Shown: positions 23,933-40,056, numbered from the stretch's first letter. The stretch: DNA of 64,000 bases from Kudoa neothunni (GCA_964304625.1 OZ199838.1:5746243-5810242); one strand, 5' to 3'. The notes: generated from the letters alone by a model not told the origin. Made by a program: numbers and translations.

Positions 23933-25276
23933 TAAACTGCAGTATTTGTGTACGACCTTCAGGCGACCTCGACATGTAATCGGAGCTAAAGTCGTTTCCT
24001 ACAATTCGTCATGTTAATTCATTTTCTTTTCAACATTTCTTTCTTTTTTTGTCACGAAGTGTGACGTTATTGAACTGAATTCAGATCAAAAAAAGGAACT
24101 TTAAAATTAAAAACCGAGCATAATTGGAGTCACGTGTAATTAACATTTTATTTAGAAAAAGTTTTGAGTTCTTTTATTTTATCTGTCTTAACCAAGTTAT
24201 CTATATAAATTACTCCAATAATTGATTTATAACGAATAACAGAGATTTATCAAATAACTCATTGGTTGTCACGTCTTAATCTTAGTACGCGTTAAAGTTA
24301 AAAAAATTACAGCTAACCTGTATAATATTTATGGCTTTTTTCTTTAACCGTACATTTATATGAACAAATTATGTAAGTAGTAACAATTAACGACCAAGAA
24401 ATCTTAGTAGATCATATATTCACATACCATATTTTAATATTTTAGTAGATCAAAAATGACGTAAAGTTACATTTTATAACGAAAATATAACTATAAAATG
24501 TTTATTTTTAGATTCTATATCAAAATAAATTTGTTAAGATAAGTAGTTTAAAAAATGCTCTAAACATACATAATTTTTATATTTGACTTATCTGTGATTA
24601 CTATAAAATCGTAAATTTTTATTTGACAATTACTCTATTTTAAAATGTATTTTACCTAAAAAATACTCGTTAAATATTTTTTACGAGTTAAGGCATGTAA
24701 TTAAGTGAGAAGATAACTAAATAAAACAAATTAAAAATTTTAATGTTTGAATTTTGGAAAAAATATTATCATAATTTTGTTATCAAGAATAAACTACAAA
24801 ACAAATTTTTAAACTAAAAAATTTACTGGAAAATGCGATCAATAAATTTAAAAATATTCTTCTAATTGTGAATAGAATAAATCAGAAAGTTCTGTTTTTA
24901 AAATACAAAGTCACAAGATTGGACCTTGACACACTTGTTACTAACAGATACAAATGAAACAAAATCGACGAAAAATTATTGAATAAGAATAAATTTAAAC
25001 TTATGGAAAAATATAATTGTTTGGATGTATTTCTCGACAACATGAAGACTTTACGTGCATCCGAATGTGCTCGACTTAAGATTTATTTCCGATTTCCAAG
25101 TTAATTTTTATTGGTTTAAAATTTAGTAAGTCTCAATTAATTTTTTTGCGATAAGAACAAAAGTGGAAAAATGTTGAACAGGAAATGAATTAACATGACG
25201 AATTGTAGGAAACGATTTTATTTCCGATTGCATTCCCGACGTCACCCCCAAGTGCATACACAGATACTGCAGTTTA
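23933..25276. mobile_element. Non-autonomous element with ~100-bp imperfect TIRs
   Basis: 23933-24040 is the reverse complement of 25170-25276 (e.g. TCGTTTCCTACAATTCGTCATGTTAATTCATTT). Confidence 0.7.
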
Positions 25277-26439
25277 GCCGAGAAAATGTATAAATATTTT
25301 AAATTTTAAGTAGATATTTCTGATATTATCTTATAAATAAAGTGTTTTTTAAAGAAAATAGAAAAATTCGGTAATGTATTCCAGGGATAAATAAAAGTAA
25401 GGTGACAATTTAATAATGTATGTGAAATAAACAACGTGTTTATAACATTGTAAATCTATTACCAGTATTTTCAATGTTTCTTAGGCCTCCAAAATTACTC
25501 TTTTGCATCTCTAGTCACACGAGAAGAATATTAAGTGTTTAACCAAAAAATAGAGTATAATTTTTTTATTATAGTATTATTTTAATTAAAAATATTTATT
25601 AATCAAGTTAATATCTCATAGGATAAAAGTTATAAATATCGGGACAATATAGCAGGATGTGTCACCGAAAAACACCATTTTGTGCATCGATTTCTTCTTG
25701 ATTATTCAAAGAAAAATAAAAGAATATCGACAAAGCACTTTAAATCGTCGTTTAAGTTCCAGCAATCACTAAAACTCACTTAATTTTTCATATATAATTT
25801 ATTATATTATTTTAATGTCTTCAAAGATTTATTAAAATTTTTTCCTTTTGAAATTTTACCACTGACTCATTTGAACAGGCTTTACATGTCCTCTTAAAAT
25901 TTAACCCATTTCTATTGCGTTTCATTATTGACTAAGGTCTAAAAAAATATAAAAACAATCGAGAAATATTTTGTTTAGTTTATATATTTTTTAACTAATT
26001 TATTCATATTATAGTAAAAGTTACAATGAAATTATCATAATAATTTGTCCCTCAGATTTTTATGGTAATTGCAATATAGCCCATCTTACGACAAAAGTAG
26101 GTGTAACAATTGCAAAAAAAAAATTTGAACAAGTAATTTCATGACAATAAATTTTTTATCAAGCCAATTTTTATAAAATAAAAAAGTATCATAAAAATAT
26201 AATCTAGTGATACATTATTTAACATACACTTATTAATTCAACCGATATTTTAATAAAGTTTGATTTTAAAATGTTATGTCCGCCTTTTCTAAATATTTTT
26301 TGATTAAAAATAATGTAATATAGCTAGTTTAAATTAAAAAATAGAACAATATAGGTTAAAAACATTCATTTAACTATAACTAAGACCATTTGAATGACAA
26401 AATAGGATTTTAGGAAAGCTACATAAAAGACACGTAATT

Positions 26440-27424
26440 GTAATTAATTGCTATCAATTAATTTTTGATGACCCCTGCGCGCAGAGAAGGAGAGCGTTGA
26501 TTTTAGATGTATTTATCTACGGACGAGACGACTCATTTTTATGAACAACTGACACAACGTACGTCCATTATCAAAAATTAGCACAATGTAATGGTGTAAA
26601 ACAAGTCAAAAGCGTTCTACTATGTTTATCACTGTTACAATGACCGGAGAAAAATTTCAATTACACGTAATAAGAAAATTTTAAGAAAAATCGTTATTTT
26701 AGGGGGATTAAAGAGTTTTCAGCTTAATGTCATTCGCAAGTGAATGTGTGATTAACTCCATCTATATTTTATCAAGTCCTCAAAGATATGAACCAGAGAT
26801 TCATTAAAGAAAACAGAAAGGTTTTAATTTTATTAGAACATTGCTCATATCTCCCTTAATCGATCGATCATTTCGAAAACATCCATATCCTATTTCTATC
26901 AAAAACGCTGTTTGTTTGGTGCGACAAATTGATCTGGGAATAATTCATCGCTTAACACCCAGTTAGAGAAAAATGTTTGCATAAGTGTGCTATTTGGAGA
27001 AAAGGACTCAAAAATATTTAAATATGTCGTGTTTGATTACTTGAATACGTTAAAATTGGTTCGGGAGTGATTACAGTTTAAAAATTAGTACTTGAATTAA
27101 TAAGCCGCCTATTTTCAAACAAAAATAATTGATTTTTTCTTAATTTCTCAAGAAAAATTAAGAAGATAAACCTTTAAAGTAATGTTATGAAGAAGTAACA
27201 TCATAAAGTAATTAATAGAAAAATTTTAATATTCATATGTGTAGGATAATAATGTGTAATGATATTATTTTTTGGAAGAAAATGAAATTATATATTTAGA
27301 TTAAGATGATCGAGGTAAATTTACTTTTTGGAGCAAAGATCCGGATTTCATACACAAAGATGAAATCGTTACAACGTTTCGAGTACAAAATCTTATAAAT
27401 CCGCGAAAAAACGTACGTCACTGT
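26440..27424 (+). pseudogene. Highly degenerate Tigger transposase
   Basis: LDETTHFYEQL, KDMNQRFIKENRKVLILLEHC, IDLGII. Confidence 0.6.
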
Positions 27425-27859
27425 GAATCCCAATGAATTATTTTCTGAACATCAGTTTGAGGATGTCTTACGCGAAATTATCAATAAATAAAAAATTATA
27501 AAGTATATGAGTAATTTTGTAAGAAATGTTAATTTAGATGTTATTATTCGGGTGCAATTGACTAGACGTTGCGTAATTTTTCCCTCGTCCCAAAATTCAA
27601 AATATTACGCAATATTGAGACACCACTGTATTGCCAAAATATCTATAAGTTTAAGCTGTTATAATACTGATAAATCGCAAAAAGCATAATGAATCGATTT
27701 TCTATTACAATCGCTAATTATATAACCGTTAATACCATAAATTTTAAACACACTTATAATTTAATCGGCTGAACTTTGATATAAACCTTATGTTAATCCA
27801 GAACTAACATGGGATTAGCGAAATCGAGAAAAAAACTATGAAAAACAACACAAATACAA

Positions 27860-28927
27860 ATCTAATGGATAATCAACTAAATTTTTTTTAATGAGGATAT
27901 AAGGCCACGCCAAAAATCGTGATTGTTTTTTCTTCTCCATTGAAATTCGCTAAGAAATTCATTGATACCATCCATATTGACAGAACTATCTTCATTAATC
28001 GAAGATGTCCTGTTCCTCGATGATATTTTATATTTGATAGCATCCCAGGTTCCTTCAATGGTGTTTGTATGAGCTCCTGTGGTACTATCCACTCATTCTA
28101 TATTGTGATTTACAGCGAGATGAGTGTAGAAAATATGTAGCATTCCATAACTTTTGAAGCGATCAGTTATAATAATCAAGCTAGGGTGAACGTACGTTTT
28201 AATTTTTTAGCTAAGAGTCTCGGCGGTTCTGTCAGGAACCTCCACCAAAAACATCTTTCGTTCTGATGTCCTTTCTACACCTTCAAGAACCCATGCTCCA
28301 TTAACGCCATGCCCCCTGTAATGCTTCACCTTGCCAAAACTTGGGACTCATCAATCTCTTGAGTTATATTTTCTCCTTCAATAACTATATCCTCAAAGTA
28401 AAGATTATCTGCTACCAGCTGGCGAAGATAGTGGACAATAATTGGTAATTGTTTGAGAAGGGTGTCCTGTTATTGTGCCCAGGTTAACGCTTTTTACATC
28501 GACCAACCAGTAATATGATAACTCCGAAAAATCATGAAGTTTGATTTTCATATTACTGAAAAATGTCGACTCAAAATGGATGTTTCTTTTCTGCACATTT
28601 TAGAGCAGCATCGTCAATTTTTTCAATGTATAGATGGTTGGTCCCACTACATTTTATACAGTTATTTGGTGCTTTGAAGATGGAAATATTGATAATATAA
28701 CGGATAGAGTTATCCTCATTGCAAAAAATGTTCTCAAAAGATCTTGGGGAAAATCATTCGCGCAGATCTAACGATAATCGGTTGCTAGCCCTAAAATGGG
28801 ATACCTTGTCGACTTAATCTATCCAATGCGGTAATATTATATAGGGCGATACATCCACAAACATCAATTAATAATCAGTAAAAAGGGAAAATTTAATAGG
28901 GGGAGGAGTCTAAATCAAATGTGGTCC
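27860..28927 (-). mobile_element. Merlin/IS1595-like transposon
   Basis: EVPDRTAETL, TGAHTNTIEGTW, EFQWRR; terminus shared with 5314. Confidence 0.85.
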
Positions 28928-29121
28928 ATTTAATATATACAAGATTATCAAATTGTGAATTATGAAAGAAATCATTGTACAAACAAAAAACTTCGCAACA
29001 AATTCATTATTTAAAATAATACAATCAAACTATTCGGATAATAGAAAAAAATGTATATTAACAACTTAGACAAAAAATCTATTTAAACAGTTTAATTGGG
29101 GTTAAATTATATAGAGATGGA

Positions 29122-29699
29122 TTAGTAGTGTTTGGATTTGTTTTCTTTGGACATCATACATCTAGGCGATATTTAAAATCATAGCAATCACAACAATAAT
29201 TACTTCCGAATATCATACAAAACAGTGTACATTGTGTAGGAAGGTTTCCATTTGGCAAGTGCTGGTAGACGATCGTGCAGAACGACATTGTTTTTAACTT
29301 GGGTCATTTTGATTGGTGTTTGAAACGTCACCTCAGGTGGTTGTTTAGGATAGTTTTCATTGCAAACAATTGTCAGTGTGTATATGTTGTTCTCATAGGG
29401 TGTCTAAATAATTTCAACGTAATGAATATACAGTTGGAAAGTGGATTACATTTTCGGGACCAATTATGGTTCCAATCCAGCGAATCATATCGATATCATC
29501 TTCATGTTCCAATCCCCAACTAATGGTTCCATCACCTTCTCCTTGTAGTGCAGCATCATATTCTTCAAGTAATCGGAACGCTCTAGGAACTAATAATGTA
29601 AGGATTGGTCGAGAACAAAAAATAATGGTTTCAAATTCAAATTAAAACCAGCGGAAAATGTTGGGAGTGAGCAAGAGTACCTTCTACTTTGTTATCCAT
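29122..29699 (-). CDS. UBE2V: Ubiquitin-conjugating enzyme E2 variant (Mms2/Uev1), 4 exons
   Basis: Spliced MDNKVEVPRAFRLLEE..GDGTISWGL..WIGTIIGP..PYENNIYTL..SKENK; not in the ORF track because of introns. Confidence 0.93.
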
Positions 29700-30341
29700 G
29701 GATGTATCGCGCACTTGTATTAATCCTTTCTTCAACTTTGCTCGATTGGATTTCTCTGTGGAAATTAATAATGCTTTTAAATTAATTAAGATTTTTATTT
29801 GTTTTTTTTCTAAACTATCTTCTCTATTTATTAATATAATAGGATTCGATTTGTGTCCTCGGCTTCAAAAGATAATATAATGGGACTTTAAGTTCAATAT
29901 TAGTCGCTAAATTTTGTTGGATCTAATTATCTGGGGTTTGAAATTATTGATTGATTTATTGATTTATATGAATACAACAACTATAAAAAAATTAAGCGTA
30001 AACCAAATAAGCTTTAGATGATTGTTTCCAGATTATAGAGTGAATAAACCTATGAAAAAATTAATTCGACAAAGCTCATTCCTAGCTGCAACTAACTTTA
30101 TGGACCAAAAAATATTAATATTAAATAGCATTCCTAGTTAATATTGTATTTGGCTGATAAATTTTCTCAGCGTTTTTAAACATTGAAATTGAAACAATGG
30201 GTAACCTACATTAGCTCTATTTTTGTTAAACTACTCAAGATTGTAAGTCGAATTTGATATTGTGAAAAAAAAATGACAAAAGATCGAATGGATTTAATTA
30301 TTAACTATAGTTGATCGAATAAATCAACAATTTGTATAGAA

Positions 30342-31456
<1,115 letters not shown>

Positions 31457-33638
31457 TCAGAATAAAATTCACGTTTGGGATGTTGCTTTTATTTTTACGT
31501 TGTATAAAGTTTTATTATGAGATTATTTAATAGTTTAATTGGAAATTTCAAATTATTCATCATCATAAATTATTAATTCCGTAGCTATAAAACCTAATCA
31601 AAAGTTCCCTAGTGACTTCTATTAAAGTTATAGTTGTAAATTATAACTTATAATTTATAAGTGACTAAGATAATTAAACAATGGTTAGAATTGTTATTTG
31701 AGAAGACTATATTTTTATAATAGTGACATTAAAAATATAAAAATGCAGGTTGATTAAATATTGTATTTTCGTGTATTCGCTCATTCTTGGGCAGATAAGG
31801 GTACTAAATCAGATCTGTGGTTGCAAACTGAATGAGACTTCTTGATTTAATAATTGATTAATTAAGGCGGAAGAAAAGACCAAATGTCATGATTCGCCGG
31901 TTTCATTTCAAGTTCAATTTACCTGACGGCAAACTAAATTTGAAGATAAGCTAATAACTTCCATTACAAATAAAACAATTTGATTTTGTGAGGAGAATGT
32001 ACGATTATTTTTTGAGAAATAACTAATCGTCCCTTTATGTTGTATGCTTGAACATTTTACAACAGACTGATGATGTTATTAGATAAACATGTGGCTGTTG
32101 GCAGATTGCAGAGATGTTTTGAGTAGTACAGTGAAACTCTGGAAGTCACGAGCTCAATATTTTGCTTGATCAAGCTAATGCTCGGATGAAAATTGTTTAT
32201 AAGAAAATATGACTTGGTGGCTTTTAAACTTTTAAGGTGTAAAATTGGCAATATCTTTTCCCCAAAATTAGAAATAATGCAATTACAGAGCGTATTAAAT
32301 AAAAAGCTGAAAGATTTTGCTTTTTTAATAATGTAATACAATACCAAATCTTGTGTAGAATAAACGTGGTATCATTATGTTATGAAAATTCTTTTTAGTT
32401 TATTATATTAAGCCAGAGTTCCTTACCAGCAGGAGGATTTTTGGTGGGGCATGGAAATTTTAGAGAGTTTAATAAACGGCTCTGGTTGGACGTGTAAAAA
32501 TCCTGAACGTCGGTGTAACATAGATAACGGTGAGATAATTGGGCAATGTGACGCCCCTTAAAATGATTACCTCGATTATTTATATCGTTTATTGTTAAGT
32601 GACTATGAAGATCATAACACAAAATCAAAAGCAATGACTAATTATATAAAAATAAGTAATAACATTTAACCTTGTCTTTACCCCCGATAGAATCTAAATG
32701 ACTTTAATTCCAATCTTGCCACATTTTATAATCGTGACCTCCTCTGTTTTTGACTTAACCAAATATAATACTGATAAGTTTTCAATTTTAATTTCTTATT
32801 TTCGGTTTATAAGCACTACCTATGCAAAAAAGTCGTGCTTAATGCGAGCAAGATTATAAAGAGTTTCGCTTTAGGCTGTTTTTAATGAAATAAAGAACTA
32901 ATGATGTTAATTTTTAGAACCCATCGATACATTAAATTGGATGTGATAGAAGAGATTTTCATGTTGATGAGGAAAAAGGCAAAAATTAATCCACTTTCAA
33001 ACTTTAATGTGTTAGGAAGCTAGATTCAAAGTTATAAGAAGTTTAAATGAAAAAAATCATTACTTTTGAAAAAAGTGGGACTTGATGGATAAATGTTTGG
33101 GAAACTTTGTACTAACCCGTTTAATGTTTCAATCATAGATACTTAAAGTATTTCAAAAAATAATTGGATTTAGTGATAAAACTAAGATTTGGGATGAAGA
33201 ATTAGTAATCAATCACGGACAATATAAATTAACAAAAGTGAAAATGTTTGTTGATTGATAAATACGCACATAAAATTCATCTAAATATACTTGCGATAAA
33301 TACCAATTTATAATCAAATGATTTGGTAGCATTCAACAATACGAACAAGTTTCTTACTTTACTCTGAAGATGTGTTGAATTATTAAAAGATAATACATTA
33401 ACATAATTTTTATTTAAAGTTGTTTATTGTAAGAACTAGAAACATCTAATTTATGGCTTTTGTCACAATGGTGATTTTGTAATAAACAGGTCACTTATCT
33501 ATTTAAAAAAATATTCAAATTTAAGTTTTATCTATTTTTTGCGCCTCTAACAACTTTCTATACATAGATATTGAAGTGACTGAAAATTAAAAAAAAATGT
33601 TTGGTCTTTAAATCACAATGACTCCGCGTTAAAAAAAA

Positions 33639-36600
33639 GGTAGTGGCTATTATCACGGGAATCAATTTCTCTGCAATTGTTATCTCTATTAAATAACTAA
33701 TTTAACATTACTATTATTTATATTTTTCTCTACTAAATTATAGAATTAGGTAACAATTGAGAATATCTTTTTTTACATATTTATATTGTTTATTTCATTG
33801 ATCGCTTTCCATAATTAAATGAAAGATTTATTAATCTTAATTTAATACATGATCAAAATTGTATTATATCATTTTCTGTCAATAATAAGGTTAAAGTTAA
33901 AGAATTTTGTGTGATTTTGTAGGTCGGACATTACTCTTGAAGCGCGCGCTTCCACATGATACATTCAACCTCGTGTTATTTAATTTATTTCCAATATTTA
34001 CAATGTTTAAATTATGTGATTTATTGTATTCTATTCATAAATTATGAACTTCAAGATAAGATATGCTCATTATATTTCACAGAAATGATGTGAATTTTCC
34101 GCTTTAGATTTCAATATAGACAAGAAATTTGAGAAAACTAATCATAATTAGGTCATTTTTCAGAAATTAGATGAATATAACACGATGAACAATGGTTATC
34201 CTAGTCAAAATAAATAATGAGAGATATAAGAAAATTTAGTTTTCTTTTTGTATCCAATAGTGGTTAAAGCGTATCCCTTTGGTCTCCCAACAGACTTCAA
34301 TTGAGAAGGAATTTTTAAGGCTAAAATAATTTAAAAAAAGAAAGGAAATGAAAGCACGATCAAGCTCGATCATATTTAAAATAGGTGCTAATTGATTTTC
34401 AGACAAAACCGTTTGGATCTCGGGGGCATTTTCATTTGAAATATTATTAACAATAATATTCTCGATAATCTCCTCACCTTGCAGAATAATATTATTACCA
34501 ACACCCTCAACATTTATTTGAGAATTAAAATTATTCTCTATAACATCTATTTTTTGTAAGTTAGATACGAGTAAAATATTCAAGTTAAGCGTCATATACC
34601 TCTTCCTTCAGAGATATCTTCATCTTCAGCTATAGCCTCAGAGTATTCAATGATGCGATTTCCTAAAAATAAATCAAGAAAAATTAAGTTTTCTTTAAAA
34701 TACCTAATTGATTTATTTGTTTTATTAATTTGATGTCGTGGTTCTTGATTATTTTTTTCTATTGTGTTGAATAGTGATAGGCAACTATCATAAAACTCCC
34801 CCACAATATTCAGCGGACAAAGCTGCTAGCTTATTTGTGTAAATCACAGAATTTTTTAAACGTTTTCCATAAGAATTAAAAGTCCCTTTTGGTTTTATTG
34901 TAATATTCTCTTTTGGTGTTATATTTATAGTTTCCATGTACAAGAATCGGCTCATGTAATCTTTTGACCACCTAGGGTGGCATAAATTTGAATCGAACAT
35001 TGGAAGCAGGTTAAACGCTCTCTTTTTAAAAATATGACTACATGGAAAGGAGATACGATCTGTAAATATAACAATTGCATTTTATGGATGTAGTTAAACT
35101 ATCTGTATTCGTGTTTTCGTCAAAATTTTGAATTTGTTTGTGGATTATATTGAAGGCAAATGGATTTAAATGATTAAAATACGCGTTTAAAACTTCATTT
35201 GAGGTATCAAAATTAACTGGGTTCAGTAATATTTTGGTTATATTGTATTTCCTTTCTATTCTCATTGATTTGAGAGCGTCAAAGAAATAACGGAAAAAAT
35301 CATTAAGATTTGAAAATTTCTTTATTGTTTGTTTTAATTGACCATTAATGGCTTCTAATCTATTATTGGTCAAGTTTTCATAGAAATGATGTGTTTCACT
35401 TAATCCTATGACCCATTCATCAGCGATTGGTTCCCAATTGGATTTAAAATAGTTAATAAACTTATCGTTGCTTTGTTGAAAAAGATTATTGCATAGTTTA
35501 TCGAATTCATGTTTATTTTTCGAATAGATAATTTTATTAAGAGTTTCAAGCAATTGGTCCCTTTTCTCTCGTGTGATACTGTATTTCGACATAGTTATTT
35601 CACGTCTGAAACTTTGAGAAACATGAAATATACAGATCATTAGATTGGAGTTAGGAAATAATTCTTTCAAACATTTCCTTAGAGTGTGGTGCTTGTCAGT
35701 AATGATCGTTCGGACATTTTGAGTCATGTTCGGCATCATTTTTATTAGTTGAGAAATATGCCATTTAATTGACTCCGCCGTTTCATCGTACAAGATGCAG
35801 CCGCTAGTTATGTGGGTTTCACCAACCGAGTCTTCTGCAACAGACAGATACAATGGCGCACTAATGAACTAATAAAACAACGAAATAGAGAAAACCTCCT
35901 AAGATTACCGTGAGTCTAGCAGTTTATAGGTTGCATCAAGCATGAGTAACTCTGGAAAGAAATTAATTGTGTTGAGCATCTGTTTATCCATAAAAAAGAT
36001 TCCACAAACATTTTTATTATCATCTGATAAAACGCTCACCATGCAATTGTATTGATTCTTTAAAATTTCTAAAATTAAAGTAACGTTATCAGTTCCAACT
36101 TTAGAGGATTTTTTAATGTTGTGGATAGCTTTCAAAGGTATATTCTTGCCTGTCTCGTCATTTATCTTGGCTTGTATGAGCTTTTTGTTTGCTCTGACAA
36201 ATAGCCATCACATCGGTTTAATTTACTCTGACTAGGTAAGTTTTCTTAGATCCATGGATCATTTGGATGGTTATGGGCAGTGTTAGAAGATCTAATCTCC
36301 AGGAAATTTCCATCTACACTTACTCTTAATGTAACTTTAAATGGGCAATATCTCTTAAGGGAATTATTTTTGCGTTCGCCTTTACCTCTATTTCGGTAAT
36401 GGGCTCCAAAGTAGCATACGTAAATTATTTCGTAATACATTAGCGTGTTTTTAATATTTCGATTAACCCGGTTTTGCACTGAGTCAATTCTTCTTGAATC
36501 TCGAATCTTTAAATTCACAAAATGACTTATCTCATACTTTTGAATATAAGATTTTAAACTTCGAAAAGTTTCAAATTTCATTCCAACATGAAAATTGTCT

Positions 36601-36916
36601 GAATTCGAATCACTCATTGTAGTTTAACCAAACTCGTGAAACACGTGGAGTTATGTTTACACTGCATGGCTCAAAGCAATAATTTAGAAATGATTAATAT
36701 TTATGATTAATTCAACGTTAATATTGTTTTAGTCTATTAAATTTGCTAACATTTATGTTTCTGACCGTCTATTTTACATAAATTTACAACCATCTCAAAT
36801 TTCTTTATTTTTCATAATTTAGTAGAGAAAAATATAAATAATAGTAATGTTAAATTAGTTATTTAATAGAGATAACAATTGCAGAGAAATTGATTCCCGT
36901 AGTAATAGCCACTGCC
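33639..36916 (-). mobile_element. Mutator (MULE) transposon, copy 2
   Basis: ~100-bp near-perfect TIRs; TTAAAAAAA-type TSD; transposase homologous to copy 1. Confidence 0.92.
34236..36617 (-). pseudogene. MULE transposase, frameshifted, with a 48-nt intron
   Basis: CPFKVTLR..HNH, LDATYK, ITDKH..CIFHV, TNNRLEAIN, SWIM CNC; intron 35861-35908. Confidence 0.88.
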
Positions 36917-37213
36917 TTAAAAAAACTTTAACTAAGTTGGTAACAAAATATGTTAGGCACTTAGATCAATTTTACGCATTTTTAAAAATTGTTCAATTTA
37001 GATAATTTTATGTACATTACAAATATAATATTTATTAATTAATTTATTGATAAAAAATCTAAATAATATAACATAATCGGGTTAAAGAAAATATTAATAT
37101 ATTAATTACGTTACTGATAGCTTTTATGCACCTTTCTTGTCAGATTTTGTTTGGAAAATTATATAATTAAATTTAATGGAAAACAAAATTAATTCAGAAC
37201 GATTAAGATAATA

Positions 37214-37601
37214 CATTGCAACCTCAGACTTCAACTACAATTCTTTCTAAAAGTGTGTTCGAACTCCGAATAATTTCTTCCCTTACAAAATAATGAAATT
37301 TGTTTAATCCGTTACCGTGCATCAAATAAATATTTTTATTCTTATTTATGATAAAACATGAATCCCTTGTGTTTATTAAATATGACAAATAAATATTAAA
37401 TATAATAACAAAAATGAAATATAGGATAAATATTTGTTAGTTGTCATGCGATAGATTATATAGGTTTATCTTTCAATAACGGTCCCTCAATTTTAATGAG
37501 CGACTCTACTATTAGAATTTATTTTCTTCTCTGCTTTTTGCTCAAACTGGATTTGTTCTGAATATCCTTTCTATTTTTGTTCGAACTCAGAGGGCGCACT
37601 G
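37214..37601. mobile_element. MITE, uninterrupted copy of the family at 235-4271
   Basis: Collinear similarity; imperfect TIRs. Confidence 0.72.
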
Positions 37602-38128
37602 TGTATAATAAAATTCTCCCGCAGTATCCTCAAACCGTTGCCAAATCTGCTAATATAAAAAAGGCAACAAATTAAATCAGTATTTACATTAAAAATTTGA
37701 ATCAATTAATCTATTTACATATAATGGGGAGTAATAATACTAGTTAATATATTATCGACAAAACGTACTCGTATGCGCGAACAACAATAACAAAGAAATA
37801 TGCTACTTCGCATTATAACGAATGTGAATCGTTATCTCAATAATATTCAAAAAAAATATAATAAAGTTAAGTTTAAAAGTATTTTTGATACGCCATAATA
37901 ATAATCCGCTTCCCTGTAACATATAAATGAACTGAAATTTACGATAGAAAATTTAATTTCTAATATCATAGAATATTTATAAAAAAAATTTTTTAAAACT
38001 GAAAATTTATTCTTACAAAGATGTAATGAAAATTTGATTTTTACTCAGGCGACCAATGAAATACACTCTCAGATTAAAAACAAGAACAGAACAAAATAAT
38101 AAACATGCTACATGATAATGGTTACGTA

Positions 38129-39260
38129 TTATTGCAGGTTTTTTGAATCATCCTCAGATTCAGTAGCTGATACATCACTTTGAGTAGCAGACTCCTGGTC
38201 ATAAGACTCACTAAATTAACATAAAAACAACCACATTCAAGATAATACCTATCAGAACGAGAGATATTTCGATTTGGATTGAAATGTTCCATTTCAAGAT
38301 CAATATCAGCCAAAATATCTATAAAAATTGAAGTGAAACAACTTCATCAATAGAATACCTTGATAAGATGTCGGTTTTTTAGGTCGATCAGAATTTTCAT
38401 GGATGAATTGTAGTTGACATTGATTGATCTCGTCTGAATTTGCACATTTTGAGTAAGCTTCCAATGCAACTCTTCATTTATAATCAATCAATTTAAAAAT
38501 AAAAAAGGAGCATACGCATTCAAATCTAGAAAGTGTTCACCCCATTTAAATTTCGATAAAATTTTTAACGCGTGCTCTCTGAAACCTATTCTCCAAAATG
38601 ACATACAATTAACAGATGTTTCAATGACAAGACGCTGATACCTACGATCACAAGAGCGGCAGCCAATGCTTCCACACATGACAACTTATATGGCCGACCA
38701 TAGTTGACATTATTGGCGGCTACCAAATAAGGCAACAATCTTGGGTGTTTTCCACGTAATTTAGTTAGAGGGACCTTTTCCAGTTGGGCCCACGAACAAT
38801 CAACAACTGCCAAACAACTCTTGAGCATTTCTTCTCTAGTTGGTGTGTTGTAGTTAATAAGAACGGAACAAAGAAATGCTACTTGTCCGCAGGAGATAGG
38901 TAACCATCCGTGTCGGCATTTGCGCCAGGTGTCAATACAACGCCATAACGAGGGGCTTTATTTCCTTTTGTTATTTTTAACGTTCTAATTAAATCAAAAT
39001 TGGCCAGTCTTCTACCAGTGCATCTCTTGGGGTCACACTGACCTAAATCCTTAATCCGAAAATGGAACCACTGTCCTAATAAAAGTTCTAACCCACATGC
39101 TCAATTTAACTTCATTGTTAGTAGACGTTTTTCGGTTGCTGTCATCCAACAGTTCATCCAAATGAACTTCTACACTCCTGTCAAATAGCTGATCATCCCC
39201 CTCATCTTGATTGACATTAAACGCTCTTTTGAAGCGATCATTCCTCGACCTCTTAACCAT
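38129..39260 (-). CDS. TSR3: 18S rRNA aminocarboxypropyltransferase, multi-exon
   Basis: MW|[51 protein letters not shown], acidic tail. Confidence 0.95.
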
Positions 39261-39397
39261 CAAAAATCGTACAAAATCGTTGCTACTCGATTGAAAAAAT
39301 AAAAACTCCAGACAATCAAAAAAAAATTCATCATAAAATATAAAATGTCTACAAAACGTCTATTATGGGCTAGCAATATTAGACTAAGTAAGCGCGA

Positions 39398-40056
39398 TCA
39401 GGTGCAGACTGTTCTTTTAGTTATAAAACCGTTGATATTGGTGATATAGGTTTGACAATTTTGGGCTCTTCTACGTTGGCCACCACCGCCACCTCTACTA
39501 CCAGAAGAGAAATGACCACCTCCGCCTACATTTATCAATCAATAACAAAAAATTAAACAACTTGTATAGTTACCGAACAAATCCTCAAAATCAAAGAAAA
39601 CATTTCCTCCAAAAAACGATCCAAATGCATCATCATTAAAGTGACGTTGTGGATGTGAGGGAGGATCGGGAGTAACTTTAAAGCCATCGTGTTTGCCTCT
39701 GTGTTGTCTCAGATGCTCGTTGTATCGCTCCCGTTGTTCTGGGTCGGAAAGAATATCCTTAGCTAAAAACATTTTAGTTGGTACATTAGAATTCAAAGTT
39801 TAATCGCTTCTTATAAAAGCGATGGAAACCCATAGCCTCATATACCTTCTTGAAGAAAGTACCATTTTTCTTTTGCATTCGGATCAGAACTCTTATCCGG
39901 ATGCATAGTTTTGGATAGTTTTCTAAAGTTGCTATTGATAGCAGCTTTGTCCGCATTATGAGGAACCCCCAAAGCTTCATAGTAGGTTTGAGAACATTGC
40001 ATGTGTTTTAAACCAGCAAGAAATAGAATAAAAAGTTGAAGGAAAGCAGGACCCAT
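39398..40056 (-). CDS. DNAJB9: ER-luminal J protein (ERdj4-like), 3 exons
   Basis: Signal peptide, J domain with HPD, G/F region, C-terminal CQTYITNINGFITKRTVCT; the start may be 40083. Confidence 0.85.
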
